From NCBI GenBank assembly GCA_964654465.1, contig CAZZIO010000032.1, forward strand, positions 1 through 64,000: 64,000 bases of DNA. Direction: 5' to 3'. This document shows, in pieces, positions 20,275 to 31,324 of this stretch (positions are counted from its first letter, which is position 1; each line of letters opens with the position of its first letter). The notes below the pieces were generated by a model, which did not search any database, was not told the DNA's origin, and saw only the letters and a list, made by a program, of their open reading frames with translations. Source of the DNA: an uncultured Dictyoglomota bacterium. Lineage in GTDB: Bacteria; Dictyoglomota; Dictyoglomia; Dictyoglomales; Dictyoglomaceae. Position numbers and translations under genes: made by a program.

Positions 20275-21354
20275 TTAGTTCCTCCCTTCTAATGTCTCTA
20301 AAATCAAATTCCAAAAATATTCTCTACCATAAGGATTAGAAATTGAAATACAAGCACTAGAAGCTTCTAATAGCCTATTATCATCCCAATTCATAATATG
20401 TTTAAAAAGTAGATCATGATTAAGATCCTTTTCAAAAATTATCTCTCCCCCTCCCCTCTTAACTACAAATTCTGCATTATATATTTGGTGATTATCTTTC
20501 GCATATGGATAAGGAATATATATGGCAGGCAAACCTGCTACCAAAAACTGAGAAATGGTTGTAGCACCAGCCCTACTTATAGCAAGATCTGATGCCCTTA
20601 TTGCAATCTCCATATTTTTTATGAAAGGAACAGGATTATATCCCTTGTTGACCCATTCTTCAAGGGGAATATCTTTTACAAATTCTACATAATTTTTTTC
20701 ACCTATTTGATGAAGTACCTGCCAACCATTCTCTAAAAGCTGAGGAATAATCTCTTTTACTACCATATTTATCATCCTTGCCCCCTGACTTCCTCCAGTA
20801 ATCAGAAGAAGTTTTCTATCTGTTTGAAACCCTAATTCTTTTTTACAATTCTCTTTATCTAAAGTCAATAATTCAGTTTTTATAAAATTACCAGTTACAA
20901 AAATTTTTGATCTATCTCCCAAATATTTTTTTGTGTCAGAAAAAGTAACTGCTACACCTGTTGAAAAGGGGGTAAACAATTTAGTTACTCTTCCTGGAAT
21001 AACATTTTGCTCATGAAGCCAAAAAGGATATCTTCTAATAATAGCAGAGATCAAAACTGGAACTGTAATATAGCTTCCAAATACTATTAAAAGATCAGGT
21101 TTTATTTCATTTAAAATATGTATACTTTTTTTCACCGAGGATAAAAACTTTATAGATTTTAATTCTGTACTTCTATTAAGTGGAAGACCATAAAATTGAT
21201 ATTTCCCAACTATAAGTCTTTCTTCTAAACTATTTTCTCTTCCTATAAAGATAATTTTCCAATGGGGTGCTTTACTAATAATAAAATCGGCCATATTAAT
21301 GGCTGGTATCACATGCCCACCTGTTCCTCCAGCAGCAAAAACTAAACTAATCAT
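20275..21354 (-). CDS. murG: Lipid II N-acetylglucosaminyltransferase
   Basis: GGTGGHV, HEQN, GGSQGA, SRAGATT, HQIYNA. Confidence 0.96.
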   Translation of the reverse strand: MISLVFAAGGTGGHVIPAINMADFIISKAPHWKIIFIGRENSLEERLIVGKYQFYGLPLNRSTELKSIKFLSSVKKSIHILNEIKPDLLIVFGSYITVPVLISAIIRRYPFWLHEQNVIPGRVTKLFTPFSTGVAVTFSDTKKYLGDRSKIFVTGNFIKTELLTLDKENCKKELGFQTDRKLLLITGGSQGARMINMVVKEIIPQLLENGWQVLHQIGEKNYVEFVKDIPLEEWVNKGYNPVPFIKNMEIAIRASDLAISRAGATTISQFLVAGLPAIYIPYPYAKDNHQIYNAEFVVKRGGGEIIFEKDLNHDLLFKHIMNWDDNRLLEASSACISISNPYGREYFWNLILETLEGRN

Positions 21355-22436
21355 TTTCTATCACCCATACTTCCAAGTTTCATTAATAATCCTACTTGAG
21401 CCCAATTAACTATTAGAGCAGAACCCCCAAAGCTTAAAAAAGGTAATGGTAAACCCATAACAGGTAAAAGACCTATATTCATTAATATATTTAAAGTAAT
21501 TTCAATACTCCAAAAAACTAATATTCCCATACTTAATAACCCACTAAAAAGATCTTTTTTCGAAATATTTAAAGATAAATAAAATATAGTTAAAACTAAC
21601 AAAACATAAATAAAAATAATAAAAGTACCAGCTACTAATCCTCCTTCCTCAAAGATTACTGGTAACAAGAAATCATTATATGCTTCTGGAATATAAAATT
21701 TCAAGCTACCTCTACCCCAACCCTTTCCAAATAATCCTCCATCTTTTATTGCATTTAAAGCTTGACTTTGCTGATAAGTGGAAAAAAGGGGGAAAATTGA
21801 TCCACTCATAACTATTCTCTGCTTCCTATAGTCACCAGTTAATATTGAGATACCAATAAAAAGGATCAAGATTAAAGCCAGAAACGTGGTTTGTTTATAA
21901 TCCATATTAGAAATAAAGAGGATTATAAAGGTTGAAAGAGAAAATAATACTAGCATACTCACATTAGGTTGAAGATATAGAAGAAAAGCTATTAAAAATA
22001 AAAAAAACATTATCCATATTAACCTTATGTTTTCTAATTTTTTATCCTTATTTAAAGATAAAAATTGAGCAAGAAAAATAATCCATGTAAACCTCATTAT
22101 CTCTATTGGTTGAATCTGAATAGGCCCTATTTCAATCCAACGTGCAACATTTCTTGAGACTTTCCCAAAAGGTGGTATAAAAACTAATATTAATCCTAAA
22201 AAACCTAATATTAAGAAAGGAAAAGAAAACTTTTTCCAAAAATTTATTGGGATTATAGATACAAAAAATGCAATTCCAATACTTAAAGGTAAATAAATCA
22301 ATTGGTGTTTAGAAAAATAAGAAGGGTTATTGAGCGAAATACTTGCCCACTTCCAGCTCGCTGTATGAATTACTGGAAGCCCAATAAGGGAAAGTAGCAA
22401 TGATAAAATAAATATCATTCTATCATATCTTTTCAT
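21351..22436 (-). CDS. ftsW: Cell division SEDS protein FtsW (divergent)
   Basis: Polytopic protein; [26 protein letters not shown]; between murD and murG. Confidence 0.9.
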   Translation of the reverse strand: MKRYDRMIFILSLLLSLIGLPVIHTASWKWASISLNNPSYFSKHQLIYLPLSIGIAFFVSIIPINFWKKFSFPFLILGFLGLILVFIPPFGKVSRNVARWIEIGPIQIQPIEIMRFTWIIFLAQFLSLNKDKKLENIRLIWIMFFLFLIAFLLYLQPNVSMLVLFSLSTFIILFISNMDYKQTTFLALILILFIGISILTGDYRKQRIVMSGSIFPLFSTYQQSQALNAIKDGGLFGKGWGRGSLKFYIPEAYNDFLLPVIFEEGGLVAGTFIIFIYVLLVLTIFYLSLNISKKDLFSGLLSMGILVFWSIEITLNILMNIGLLPVMGLPLPFLSFGGSALIVNWAQVGLLMKLGSMGDRK

Positions 22437-23793
22437 TTTTTAATCTCTCAACTATCTTATTAAAAGCTTTACCTCGCTCTTTATAATTCTCAAACATATC
22501 GAAACTTGCACAAGCAGGAGAAAGTAATACTACATCACCAAAATCTGATAAATAATAAGCCTTTTTAACAGCTTCCTCTAATGTATTTGCTTCCTCATAT
22601 GATATATTATAAGATTTAGCTAAATCTCTCATTATATTTTTAGTTTCTCCAATAAGAACTACATGCTTTACATTGCCATTTTGTTTTATACTTTCAAAAA
22701 GCTCAGTAAAATCAAAATTTTTATTTCTTCCACCCAATATTAATACGATACTTGCATTAATACTTTTTATAGCCAATATAGTTGAAATTGGATTAGTAGC
22801 CTTTGAATCATTAATAAATACTCTTCCATTTACGGTATCTACTTTTTCCAAAGCAAAAGGTATTCCCTTAAACCTATTTCCCACATCTTCAATAACTTTT
22901 TCATCTATACCAAGAATCAATCCTACTAAAGATGCAGCCATAAAATTCTTTAGTAAAATACTATTCCATAACCCATTAGGAGAGGGATTCATAAAACCAT
23001 TTTTGTTCTCTGTATGATAAATAAGTTTATTTTTATCGAAATATATGCCGTACTCTTTAATTGGGTTTTCACTAAAGTATAGTTTATTTACGGGGTACTT
23101 TTTGGCTACTTCTCTAATAATATCTTGATCATAATTTAAAATAGCGAAATCTTCTTCTTGTTGATTCATAAAAATTCTTTCTTTTGCTTCTATATATTCA
23201 TTCATACTACCATATCTATCTAAATGATCAGGATAAATATTTGTAAAAACCGATATGTAAGGTCTGAAACTCTCAATATCTTCTAACTGAAAACTGCTTA
23301 CTTCTAATACAAAATAACCTTTATCAAGATCTTTTACAACACTTATAAATGGTAAGCCTATATTACCAGCCACCACATTATCTATCTTTGCTCCATTTAA
23401 GATCTCCCCTATTAAAGTAGTAGTTGTTGATTTTCCCTTGGTTCCAGTCACAGCAATAATAGGCACCTTTGCAAACCAATAAGCAAGTTCTATTTCTCCA
23501 ACAATTTTTAAGTTTCTTTTTATAGCTTCTTGATAAATAGGATTTGTTTTCGGGATACCAGGACTTAACACTAATAAATCAATATCTTGTAAAAGTTCTA
23601 CCGGATGATCTCCAAAGAAGAAATCTATATCTTTTTCCTTAAGCAAAGGGATCACATCTTTAAAACTATCTTCTTTTTTATAATCATTTACAATTACATC
23701 TATGCCTTCATTTTTTAAAAATTCTGCAATCTTCAAACCACTTATACCAAGCCCTAAAACTAAAGCTTTTTTAAAATTTAAATTAACATCCAT
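22423..23793 (-). CDS. murD: UDP-MurNAc-L-Ala--D-glutamate ligase
   Basis: GLGISG, LSPGI, GTKGKSTT, EVSSFQL, NDSKATN, LSPACASFD. Confidence 0.96.
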   Translation of the reverse strand: MDVNLNFKKALVLGLGISGLKIAEFLKNEGIDVIVNDYKKEDSFKDVIPLLKEKDIDFFFGDHPVELLQDIDLLVLSPGIPKTNPIYQEAIKRNLKIVGEIELAYWFAKVPIIAVTGTKGKSTTTTLIGEILNGAKIDNVVAGNIGLPFISVVKDLDKGYFVLEVSSFQLEDIESFRPYISVFTNIYPDHLDRYGSMNEYIEAKERIFMNQQEEDFAILNYDQDIIREVAKKYPVNKLYFSENPIKEYGIYFDKNKLIYHTENKNGFMNPSPNGLWNSILLKNFMAASLVGLILGIDEKVIEDVGNRFKGIPFALEKVDTVNGRVFINDSKATNPISTILAIKSINASIVLILGGRNKNFDFTELFESIKQNGNVKHVVLIGETKNIMRDLAKSYNISYEEANTLEEAVKKAYYLSDFGDVVLLSPACASFDMFENYKERGKAFNKIVERLKNEKI

Positions 23794-24716
23794 AAAATAA
23801 TTCCTCCTACAATCATAATGATATGAATTATATTAAATCTTGCTACTATCTTTGTTTCTTTCCATCCTTTTAACTCAAAGTGATGATGGAGAGGACTCAT
23901 CAAAAAGATTCTTTTCCTTTTCCATTTATAAAAGAATACTTGTATAAAGACGGACAAAGATTCTATTAAAAAAATACCTCCTAAAAAGATCATTAAAAGT
24001 TCTACCTTTTTTGTTACAGCTAAGGCAGAAATTGCTCCTCCTAAGGAAAAAGCACCCACATCTCCCATAAATATTTCAGCAGGATGCATATTGTACCAAA
24101 GAAAGGCTAAGATAGATGCTATAATAACACCTATATATATGCTTATTTGTAAGGAAGTATAAGAAAACTTATAAATTAAAAAGGTTAAAAAAGTAATTAA
24201 AGTAGTCCCACCTGCTAGTCCGTCAAGACCATCAGTCAAATTAACTGCATTAGGTACTGCGATAAAGAGGCAAAAAAATAATATAAAGTAAATAATTCTT
24301 GAGTTAAATAGAGTGTATGAGCCCCAACTTATCTTATAATCTGTAGTAAAAAATAAACCATAAGCAAAGAGCAGTATCAAGGTTAAAGCAAAAGATAGAA
24401 ATATTTTTTTAAGAGGTCTTATTCCATAATCTTTATTTCTGAGTAGTTTTAAATCATCTATAAGTCCTAATAATCCGAAAAGTATGGTGGATAAAGAGAT
24501 AAAAAAGGTTTCTTTTATAAACAAAAAGGGTAATGAAATAATTATAAAAATTAATCCTCCCATTATAGGAGTTCCTGATTTAGAAAAATGAGATGAAGGT
24601 CCTTCTTTTCTAATATATTTGCCTATTTGTTTATTCTTTTGAAGTTTAATCCAGTAATTTAAAAAAAACCATGAAAATATGAAAGATACAATACTGAAAA
24701 ATAATAGTTCTTTCAT
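23778..24716 (-). CDS. mraY: Phospho-MurNAc-pentapeptide transferase
   Basis: GTPIMGG, NAVNLTDGLDG, FMGD, PLHHHFE. Confidence 0.96.
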   Translation of the reverse strand: MKELLFFSIVSFIFSWFFLNYWIKLQKNKQIGKYIRKEGPSSHFSKSGTPIMGGLIFIIISLPFLFIKETFFISLSTILFGLLGLIDDLKLLRNKDYGIRPLKKIFLSFALTLILLFAYGLFFTTDYKISWGSYTLFNSRIIYFILFFCLFIAVPNAVNLTDGLDGLAGGTTLITFLTFLIYKFSYTSLQISIYIGVIIASILAFLWYNMHPAEIFMGDVGAFSLGGAISALAVTKKVELLMIFLGGIFLIESLSVFIQVFFYKWKRKRIFLMSPLHHHFELKGWKETKIVARFNIIHIIMIVGGIILWMLI

Positions 24717-26110
24717 ATTTCCTCCTCAATGAACTTAACGAAATTTTCCATTTTCATAGCCCTTGAACCTTTAATTAAAATAATGTCATAAGGTCTCAAA
24801 ATTTTTCTTAAAAAACCCTTTATCTCTCTTTCATCTTTCGTATAAAAAATTTTAGAATCAAAAATATCTTTTAATTCAGCTTTCATATCATCAATAGCCT
24901 TACTAAACTCTTCGCCATAAAATAATAAATAATAAAAATCCTTATCTATAGCATGTTTTATTACTTCTTTATGTGCAGAAATGCTATATTCCCCAAGTTC
25001 TAACATATCCCCTAATAATAGGACTTTCCTACCAGATGAAGGCAATATATCTAAGTACTCAATTGCTGTTTTAACAGAATCAGGATTTGCGTTATATGTA
25101 TCATCAATAATTTTAATCCCTTTATATGTAATTTTAGTGTTCAACCTCTGTTTGGGTAATGACAAATCATAATTGACAAAAGAAAAATTATTTACAGATT
25201 TGGGAGAAAATATCCACAATACTCCAAAAGCAGAAAGGACATTTCTATATATGTTTAATGGATATAAATGTAGTAAGATCTCAATCTCTGATTTATCTGG
25301 AAAACCTATAGACATTCTTACTTTATCATCTAATTTATCCAAAATTTTTCCTCTTATATTACTATCCTCACTAAACCCGAAGGTATATTTATTTAATTTT
25401 AAATTTTCAAAAATCCGCATACTTAAGTCATCATCTCTATTTAAAATTGCATAACCTTGATCATTAATATAATCAAAAATCTCAGCTTTTGCCTCCATAA
25501 TCGCTTCTCTAGAACCTAAAATTCCAATATGAGCCCAACCTATATTGGTTATGATTCCTACATCAGGTTCTGCAATTTTACTTAATTCTCTAATCTGTCC
25601 TTTACCTCTCATAGCCATTTCTAAAACTAAGAAATTCGTATCTATTTCCGTTTCCAATATAGTTAGTGAAACTCCAATTTCATTATTATAATTTTCTCTA
25701 CTTATATTAACTTTTCCTATCTTACTTAACAATTCACCAATTAAATTTTTAGTAGTAGTCTTACCGCTACTACCTGTAACTCCGATAACCTTTGCCTTAA
25801 TCTTTTTCCTATAATAATTTGCTAAATTTTGTAAGGCTATAAGAGTATCTTTTACCTTTATAACAATTACTTCTTCCACTGGAATCTCCAAATCCCTACT
25901 AAAGATGAAGCCTTTTGCACCTTTTCTTATTGCATCGTTTATAAAATCATGTCCATCAAATTTCTCTCCTTTTAAAGGTATAAATAGATCTTCAGGTTTA
26001 ATTGTTCTCGAATCTATAGAGACACTATTTACTACGTCTTTCAAATTCCCTTTAATTAGGATTCCCTTTGTAGCTTTTAGCATTTCTTCTACAGTAAGAT
26101 TAATCTTCAT
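24713..26110 (-). CDS. murF: UDP-MurNAc-tripeptide--D-Ala-D-Ala ligase
   Basis: DSR, FDGHDF, GSSGKTTTK, NNEIG, DTYNANP, GDMLELG, KGSR. Confidence 0.96.
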   Translation of the reverse strand: MKINLTVEEMLKATKGILIKGNLKDVVNSVSIDSRTIKPEDLFIPLKGEKFDGHDFINDAIRKGAKGFIFSRDLEIPVEEVIVIKVKDTLIALQNLANYYRKKIKAKVIGVTGSSGKTTTKNLIGELLSKIGKVNISRENYNNEIGVSLTILETEIDTNFLVLEMAMRGKGQIRELSKIAEPDVGIITNIGWAHIGILGSREAIMEAKAEIFDYINDQGYAILNRDDDLSMRIFENLKLNKYTFGFSEDSNIRGKILDKLDDKVRMSIGFPDKSEIEILLHLYPLNIYRNVLSAFGVLWIFSPKSVNNFSFVNYDLSLPKQRLNTKITYKGIKIIDDTYNANPDSVKTAIEYLDILPSSGRKVLLLGDMLELGEYSISAHKEVIKHAIDKDFYYLLFYGEEFSKAIDDMKAELKDIFDSKIFYTKDEREIKGFLRKILRPYDIILIKGSRAMKMENFVKFIEEEI

Positions 26111-27590
26111 GCCCTGATAAGCGCCCCTTTATATATTTTCTTGCTACTTCTTGATCACTAAATGGATATTTCTGAGTTCCTATAATCTGATAGTTTTCAT
26201 GTCCTTTACCTGCAATTAGCACAGTATCGTTTTCTTTTGCTATTTCTATGGCTTTTTTTATTGCTTCTTCTCTATTTTCTATAATCTCATAATTTCTAAA
26301 ACCAACTCTTTTGACTCCTGCCTCTATGTCCCTAATGATTTTTAAAGGATCCTCAGTTCTTGGATTATCCGAAGTTATTATCACATAATCAGATAATTTA
26401 GCAGATATTTCACCCATTTTATCTCTCTTTGTAGGATCTCTATCTCCACCACATCCAAATACCACAATTATCCTCCCTTTAGTAAACTCCTTAATTGTCT
26501 CAAGAACATTCAGTAATCCATCTGGTGTATGAGCATAATCAACAATCACATCAAAATTTTGCCCCTCTTCTATAAACTCTAATCTTCCCTTTACCCCTTT
26601 AAAAGTAGCTAAATATTTACCAATATCATCTAAGTTTTCACCACTTGCTATTAATAAACCTACCGCAAAAAGAAGATTATAAATATTAAATTTTCCTCTT
26701 AACTTGGTAGATAATTCTATTTGACCTTTAGGAGTAATAGCTTCTATGAACATTCCTTTTTTATCTACAAAAACTTTTTTAAGGACTATATCCGCTTTCT
26801 CATCATATAGAGACACCCAATAAATTTTTTTATGTTTTAGATTTATTTTTCCTGTCCATTCATTATCTTTATTTATAATTCCAAAGCCATCCTGCTCTAA
26901 ATAATCAAAGATTTTCATCTTTGAATTAAAATACTCTTCCATAGTTTTATGAAAATCTAAGTGATCTTGAGTTAGGTTGGTAAATATAACACCTTTGAAT
27001 TCTAATCCTTCAATTCTCTTAAGAGCTAAAGCATGAGATGATACTTCCATAGAAACATATTCTATTTCTTTATCTACCATCTTCCTTAGAAGTTCCTGTA
27101 GTTCATGAGGCTGTGGGGTTGTAAAATTGGAAGGATAGATCTCATCATCTATTCTATAATCTATAGTACCTATAAGGCCTGATTTTTTACCTTTTGATTT
27201 CCAATAATGGTAGATTAAATTCGCAGTAGTAGTCTTTCCATTAGTACCCGTAACTCCAAATATCTTTAAATGTTTATTTGGAAAATCATAAAAAGAAGAA
27301 GAAAAAATCCCAAGAACTTTGAATATATCATTTACTTTAATATAAGTTATACCATCTTTTATTGCATAATTTAAATCACCATTGTAAAAGATTACTTTAG
27401 CACCATTTGATATTGCATGATCAATATATTTTTTCCCATCATCTTTAGTTCCAGGCAAAGCAAAAAATACATAATCATTTTTAACCTTTCTTGAATCTAC
27501 ACTAATACCTTCAATATATAGAGAAGTACTTCCCATAATATCAATTATTTCTTCTTTAAGATAACCTAATATATCCTGCAAATTTTTCAA
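26100..27590 (-). CDS. murE: UDP-MurNAc-dipeptide--DAP ligase
   Basis: GTNGKTT, MEVSSH, DYAHTPD, FGCGGDRD, DNPR (mDAP-specific motif). Confidence 0.96.
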   Translation of the reverse strand: MKNLQDILGYLKEEIIDIMGSTSLYIEGISVDSRKVKNDYVFFALPGTKDDGKKYIDHAISNGAKVIFYNGDLNYAIKDGITYIKVNDIFKVLGIFSSSFYDFPNKHLKIFGVTGTNGKTTTANLIYHYWKSKGKKSGLIGTIDYRIDDEIYPSNFTTPQPHELQELLRKMVDKEIEYVSMEVSSHALALKRIEGLEFKGVIFTNLTQDHLDFHKTMEEYFNSKMKIFDYLEQDGFGIINKDNEWTGKINLKHKKIYWVSLYDEKADIVLKKVFVDKKGMFIEAITPKGQIELSTKLRGKFNIYNLLFAVGLLIASGENLDDIGKYLATFKGVKGRLEFIEEGQNFDVIVDYAHTPDGLLNVLETIKEFTKGRIIVVFGCGGDRDPTKRDKMGEISAKLSDYVIITSDNPRTEDPLKIIRDIEAGVKRVGFRNYEIIENREEAIKKAIEIAKENDTVLIAGKGHENYQIIGTQKYPFSDQEVARKYIKGRLSGHED

Positions 27591-29146
27591 TTTATTAACC
27601 TCCCATATATAGAGAGTTTATTAACAATCTCACCAAATATAGGTACTACTGTTTCTCTTGCAAACCTACCTTTCTTTGGCTTATCTAACATAACAAGAAT
27701 ACAATATTTTTTATCATCTAAAAAGAGATAACCTAAGAAAAAGTGATTATAATAAGATGTATATCCAAATTTACCGGAAACTTGAGCAGTTCCTGTTTTT
27801 CCAGCTATTTTATAATTTAAATCAGCTAGGATATTTGCCGTTCCTCTTTTTACCACTTGAAACATATAATTTAATGTCTGCAGAGATGTATCTTTAGAAA
27901 AAACTTGTCTGTATATTTCTGATTTAGACGTATATATAGTTTTACCATTATTTTCTATCTTTTTGATTAGTTTAGGTTTTACTAAAAACCCATCATTTCC
28001 TACAAAACTAAGAGTCCATAACATTTTCAAAGGTGTCATACCAATACCATGTCCAAAACCTAACGTACCATGCATAACAATACTACTTTTAACATCAGGT
28101 AAAATTGTATCTCCAGAAAATATCTTCACATCTAACGGTATATCAGAATCTAACCCTAAGAGTTTAAAATATTTTTCCCAGATAGATGCAGGTATTTTTT
28201 TTGCTAAATAATAAAAATATATATTACAGGATCTAACTAAAGCATCTTCTATATTTACTAATCCATGATGCTCTGTACATCTTACTTTATAACCGTCAAT
28301 TATTTCTTCTCCTTTACAATAAACAGAAAAATTTACATCTACCAATTTTTCTTCTAAGGCAATAGCAGTTGTAACTACTTTAAAGAGAGATCCAGGTTCT
28401 AAAACAGTATTTAAAAGATTTCTAAATCTATTATTCTGTTCTATTATTTCATCAAGATTTCTACTTAAATCAATTTCAGGAAGAGTAGTTAGGGCAATAA
28501 TTTCTCCTGTATTTAAATCCATAATTCCACCAAAAGCATTATCTGCATTATACTCTTTCATGTATTCTCTTAAATACATAGTCAAAAGCTCTTGAAGATT
28601 TTTATCTATAGTAAGATAAATACTATATCCATTTCTTAAATAAGAATCAAAATATGCCTCTAATCCCGATAGTCCTTGGTTATCAACTCCGACAAAACCA
28701 ATAAGATTTGAAATTCCTATTCCTATAGGATAAGTCCTATAAGGTTCATCTATTAAAATAATCTTTTTATTATCAACATATTTTTCTATTCTTTTGACAT
28801 CTTCATCAGAGAGCATTCTTTTAATCCAAACAAATTCATATGGAAGATCTATCTTTTTGTAAAGTTCATCTGAAGAAAGTTTAAGATTATTGGAAAGTAT
28901 GGATATTATTTTTTTTCTCTCTTTACTTTCAATGCCTTTAGGATTAATAGCTAAAGATTTCCTTTTAACATTAAATACAATCTCTTCCCCATTCCTATCT
29001 AATATAATCCCCCTGTCTTTTGTCCTTGTTTGAGAGTAAGATATACCCCCTCCTAACTGGAGTATAATGATAAATATTTCAATGAAAAAAATTGTTATAA
29101 TCCAAAAAGTTAAGAATATTCGTGCTCTTATAATATTCATAAACAA
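27587..29146 (-). CDS. ftsI: Class B penicillin-binding protein (FtsI-like)
   Basis: RGIILDRNG, EPGSLFK (SxxK), SCN, KTGTAQ; dcw position. Confidence 0.85.
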   Translation of the reverse strand: MFMNIIRARIFLTFWIITIFFIEIFIIILQLGGGISYSQTRTKDRGIILDRNGEEIVFNVKRKSLAINPKGIESKERKKIISILSNNLKLSSDELYKKIDLPYEFVWIKRMLSDEDVKRIEKYVDNKKIILIDEPYRTYPIGIGISNLIGFVGVDNQGLSGLEAYFDSYLRNGYSIYLTIDKNLQELLTMYLREYMKEYNADNAFGGIMDLNTGEIIALTTLPEIDLSRNLDEIIEQNNRFRNLLNTVLEPGSLFKVVTTAIALEEKLVDVNFSVYCKGEEIIDGYKVRCTEHHGLVNIEDALVRSCNIYFYYLAKKIPASIWEKYFKLLGLDSDIPLDVKIFSGDTILPDVKSSIVMHGTLGFGHGIGMTPLKMLWTLSFVGNDGFLVKPKLIKKIENNGKTIYTSKSEIYRQVFSKDTSLQTLNYMFQVVKRGTANILADLNYKIAGKTGTAQVSGKFGYTSYYNHFFLGYLFLDDKKYCILVMLDKPKKGRFARETVVPIFGEIVNKLSIYGRLIN

Positions 29147-29161
29147 TTTATATTACCATAT

Positions 29162-29467
29162 TTATTGTTCTAAAGAAGCTGCATAATACTTCTCCCTTAT
29201 TACCTCTGCCACGCTACCATTATAAACTTTTATTTCTACCACATTTTTAGGATAAGTTAAACCTAATTTTTGAGCCTTAGTTTCTATATTTTTAATACTT
29301 AAAGATGATTGAATCTTTGTTTCCAAGTATACTTTTTCTTTTTCTAAGTTATCTATTTCTCTGTTTATTTTTGCTATTTCACTTTTAAGAGCTGAAACTT
29401 TTACATTTAAAAAAACTGTACTTAAAAACACTAAAAAAAACAATATAATTACTAAAAATTGTTTCAA
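29162..29467 (-). CDS. ftsL: FtsL-like cell division protein
   Basis: TM plus coiled coil ending IETKAQKLGL; between rsmH and ftsI. Confidence 0.7.
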   Translation of the reverse strand: MKQFLVIILFFLVFLSTVFLNVKVSALKSEIAKINREIDNLEKEKVYLETKIQSSLSIKNIETKAQKLGLTYPKNVVEIKVYNGSVAEVIREKYYAASLEQ

Positions 29468-30357
29468 CTTTCCACCCTCCTTTCCCCCACTCTCAACTTT
29501 GCACTCCTTGCCCTCTTATTATTTTCAATCTCTTCTTTTGAGGGTACTACTGGCTTTTTAGTAATAATTTCAAATTTATCTCTGTTGTTCTTTAAAAAAT
29601 TTTTTACAATTCTATCTTCCAAGGAATGGTAGGTTATAACTACAATTCTTCCTTGTGGATTAAGAATATGAGATGTAATTTCTAAAGACCTTTCTAAAAG
29701 ATCTAATTCTCTATTTACAGCTATTCTCAATGCTTGAAATATACGGGTTGCAGGATGCCTTTTATAATTTTGGATATTTTTCCCTATAACTTCTAACAAA
29801 TCTCCCACATATTTTAAGGGTTTTATTTTTCTTCTTTCTACTATTTTCCTTGCTATTTTGTAGGCATTGGGTTCCTCACCATATTTGTAAAAAATTTCTG
29901 CAAGTTCCTCTTCAGAAAAATTATTCAAAATATATTCAGCTGTTAAAGAGTCATCTTTAGAAAATCTCATATCCAAAGGTTCCTCAGGCCTTTGAAAGGA
30001 AAAACCTCTCTTGCTTTTCTCTATATGATATGATGAGAAACCAAGATCAAATAAGATACCATCAACTTTAGCTATACTTAGCTTTTCTAAAACTTCTGGA
30101 ATTCTATCAAACGTTGTATTAAAAAGTACAAAATTATCTCCATAAATTTTCAACCTATTTTTAGCTATTTCTAAACTTTCTATGTCTCTATCTATACCTA
30201 TCAGTAACCCTGATCTATTTAATTCTCTCAATATGGCACTACTATGTCCCCCAAGTCCACAAGTAGCATCAATGTAGATTTTTCCAGGTGTTACCTTAAG
30301 GTAATATAAAACTTTATCTAGCATAACTGGCTTATGTATAATTTCTATCTCTTCCAT
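29464..30357 (-). CDS. rsmH: 16S rRNA m4C1402 methyltransferase
   Basis: HKPVM, DATCGLGGHS, DLGFSS, FQALRIAVN, HSLEDR, RARSAKLR. Confidence 0.97.
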   Translation of the reverse strand: MEEIEIIHKPVMLDKVLYYLKVTPGKIYIDATCGLGGHSSAILRELNRSGLLIGIDRDIESLEIAKNRLKIYGDNFVLFNTTFDRIPEVLEKLSIAKVDGILFDLGFSSYHIEKSKRGFSFQRPEEPLDMRFSKDDSLTAEYILNNFSEEELAEIFYKYGEEPNAYKIARKIVERRKIKPLKYVGDLLEVIGKNIQNYKRHPATRIFQALRIAVNRELDLLERSLEITSHILNPQGRIVVITYHSLEDRIVKNFLKNNRDKFEIITKKPVVPSKEEIENNKRARSAKLRVGERRVES

Positions 30358-30785
30358 AAGTCCTTTATCTTTTCATTTATTTCGTTCATATTATTAATCA
30401 AATCTTCTTCTTTATTAATTTCTTTCCACTTTTCCTCTGCCCAAATCTCTATATGTCTACCAGCCCCTACAATCACCACATCTCTATTTAGTTGGGCATA
30501 TTCGATAAGAAAAGAGGGAATAAGAATCCTGCCCAACTTATCTGTTGTAACTTGTACAGAGCCTGAAAACCAAAACCTACATAATCTTCTTATATAATCA
30601 TCCGTAGGAGAAAAACTACTTATTATCTCTGAGAAATTATTCCAATCCACAATAGTATAAATGTTTAAACATTTTTCAAAGCCTCTTGTTATATAAAAAG
30701 TATCTCCTAATACTTGTCTAAAAACTGTAGGTATAACTATCCTCCCTTTCTCATCTAAAGAATAATGATATTCCCCACAAAACAA
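30345..30785 (-). CDS. mraZ: Transcriptional regulator MraZ
   Basis: Two DxxGRI motifs; likely TTG start at 30785 (MFCGEY) after GGGGGA. Confidence 0.95.
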   Translation of the reverse strand: MFCGEYHYSLDEKGRIVIPTVFRQVLGDTFYITRGFEKCLNIYTIVDWNNFSEIISSFSPTDDYIRRLCRFWFSGSVQVTTDKLGRILIPSFLIEYAQLNRDVVIVGAGRHIEIWAEEKWKEINKEEDLINNMNEINEKIKDLWKR

Positions 30786-30796
30786 TTTAATATCCC

Positions 30797-30838
30797 CCAC
30801 AAGATTTCCACTTTTTACCACCTTTTTACACAATTATA
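30797..30838 (-). promoter_or_regulatory. MraZ-binding direct repeats and -10 box
   Basis: Minus strand TATAAT then GTGT-N6-GTGG-N6-GTGG-N7-GTGG at ~10-bp periodicity upstream of mraZ. Confidence 0.75.
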
Positions 30839-30959
30839 CAATGTAATCCTTAACAAATAGAAATAAGAGTTAAATATGATGTAATAAGGGTTTATTAAAA
30901 CTGGTTAAATTAATGCCTAACTTTTGTTCAAGTTTTGTTTAATAAACACTAAGAGGGAA

Positions 30960-31324
30960 GAAGCAGACCATAAGCCGAATTCTGTTCCCCTTTTTAGGGG
31001 CGGCAACCATCTATCTAGGGTAAGGATTACTCCTTACCTCAAGCGGCCAACCCGAGGGTCAGCGGGCCACCTCAACCCCTCCTATTTGGCCTTGCACCGG
31101 GTGGGGTTTGTCAAGCCAGGAAGGTCACCCTTCCTGCTGGTGAGCTCTTACCTCACCTTTTCACCCTTACCCATATAAGAATTTTCATTAACCTTATATG
31201 GGCGGTCTGTTTTCTGTGACACTATCCTTCAGGTTACCCTGACTGGGTATTACCCAGCACCCTGCCCTGTGGTGTTCGGACTTTCCTCGGAATCTTTCGA
31301 TTCCGCGGTTGCCTGGTCTACTTC
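30960..31324 (-). ncRNA. rnpB: RNase P RNA (class A-like)
   Basis: Minus strand GAGGAAAGTCCGAACACCAC, GGTGCAAGGCC and ACAGAATTCGGCTTAT conserved regions; P1 GAAGTAGACCA/TGGTCTGCTTC. Confidence 0.96.

Noticed and set aside
30924..31178. 84-aa ORF on the plus strand
   Set aside because: Antisense to RNase P RNA
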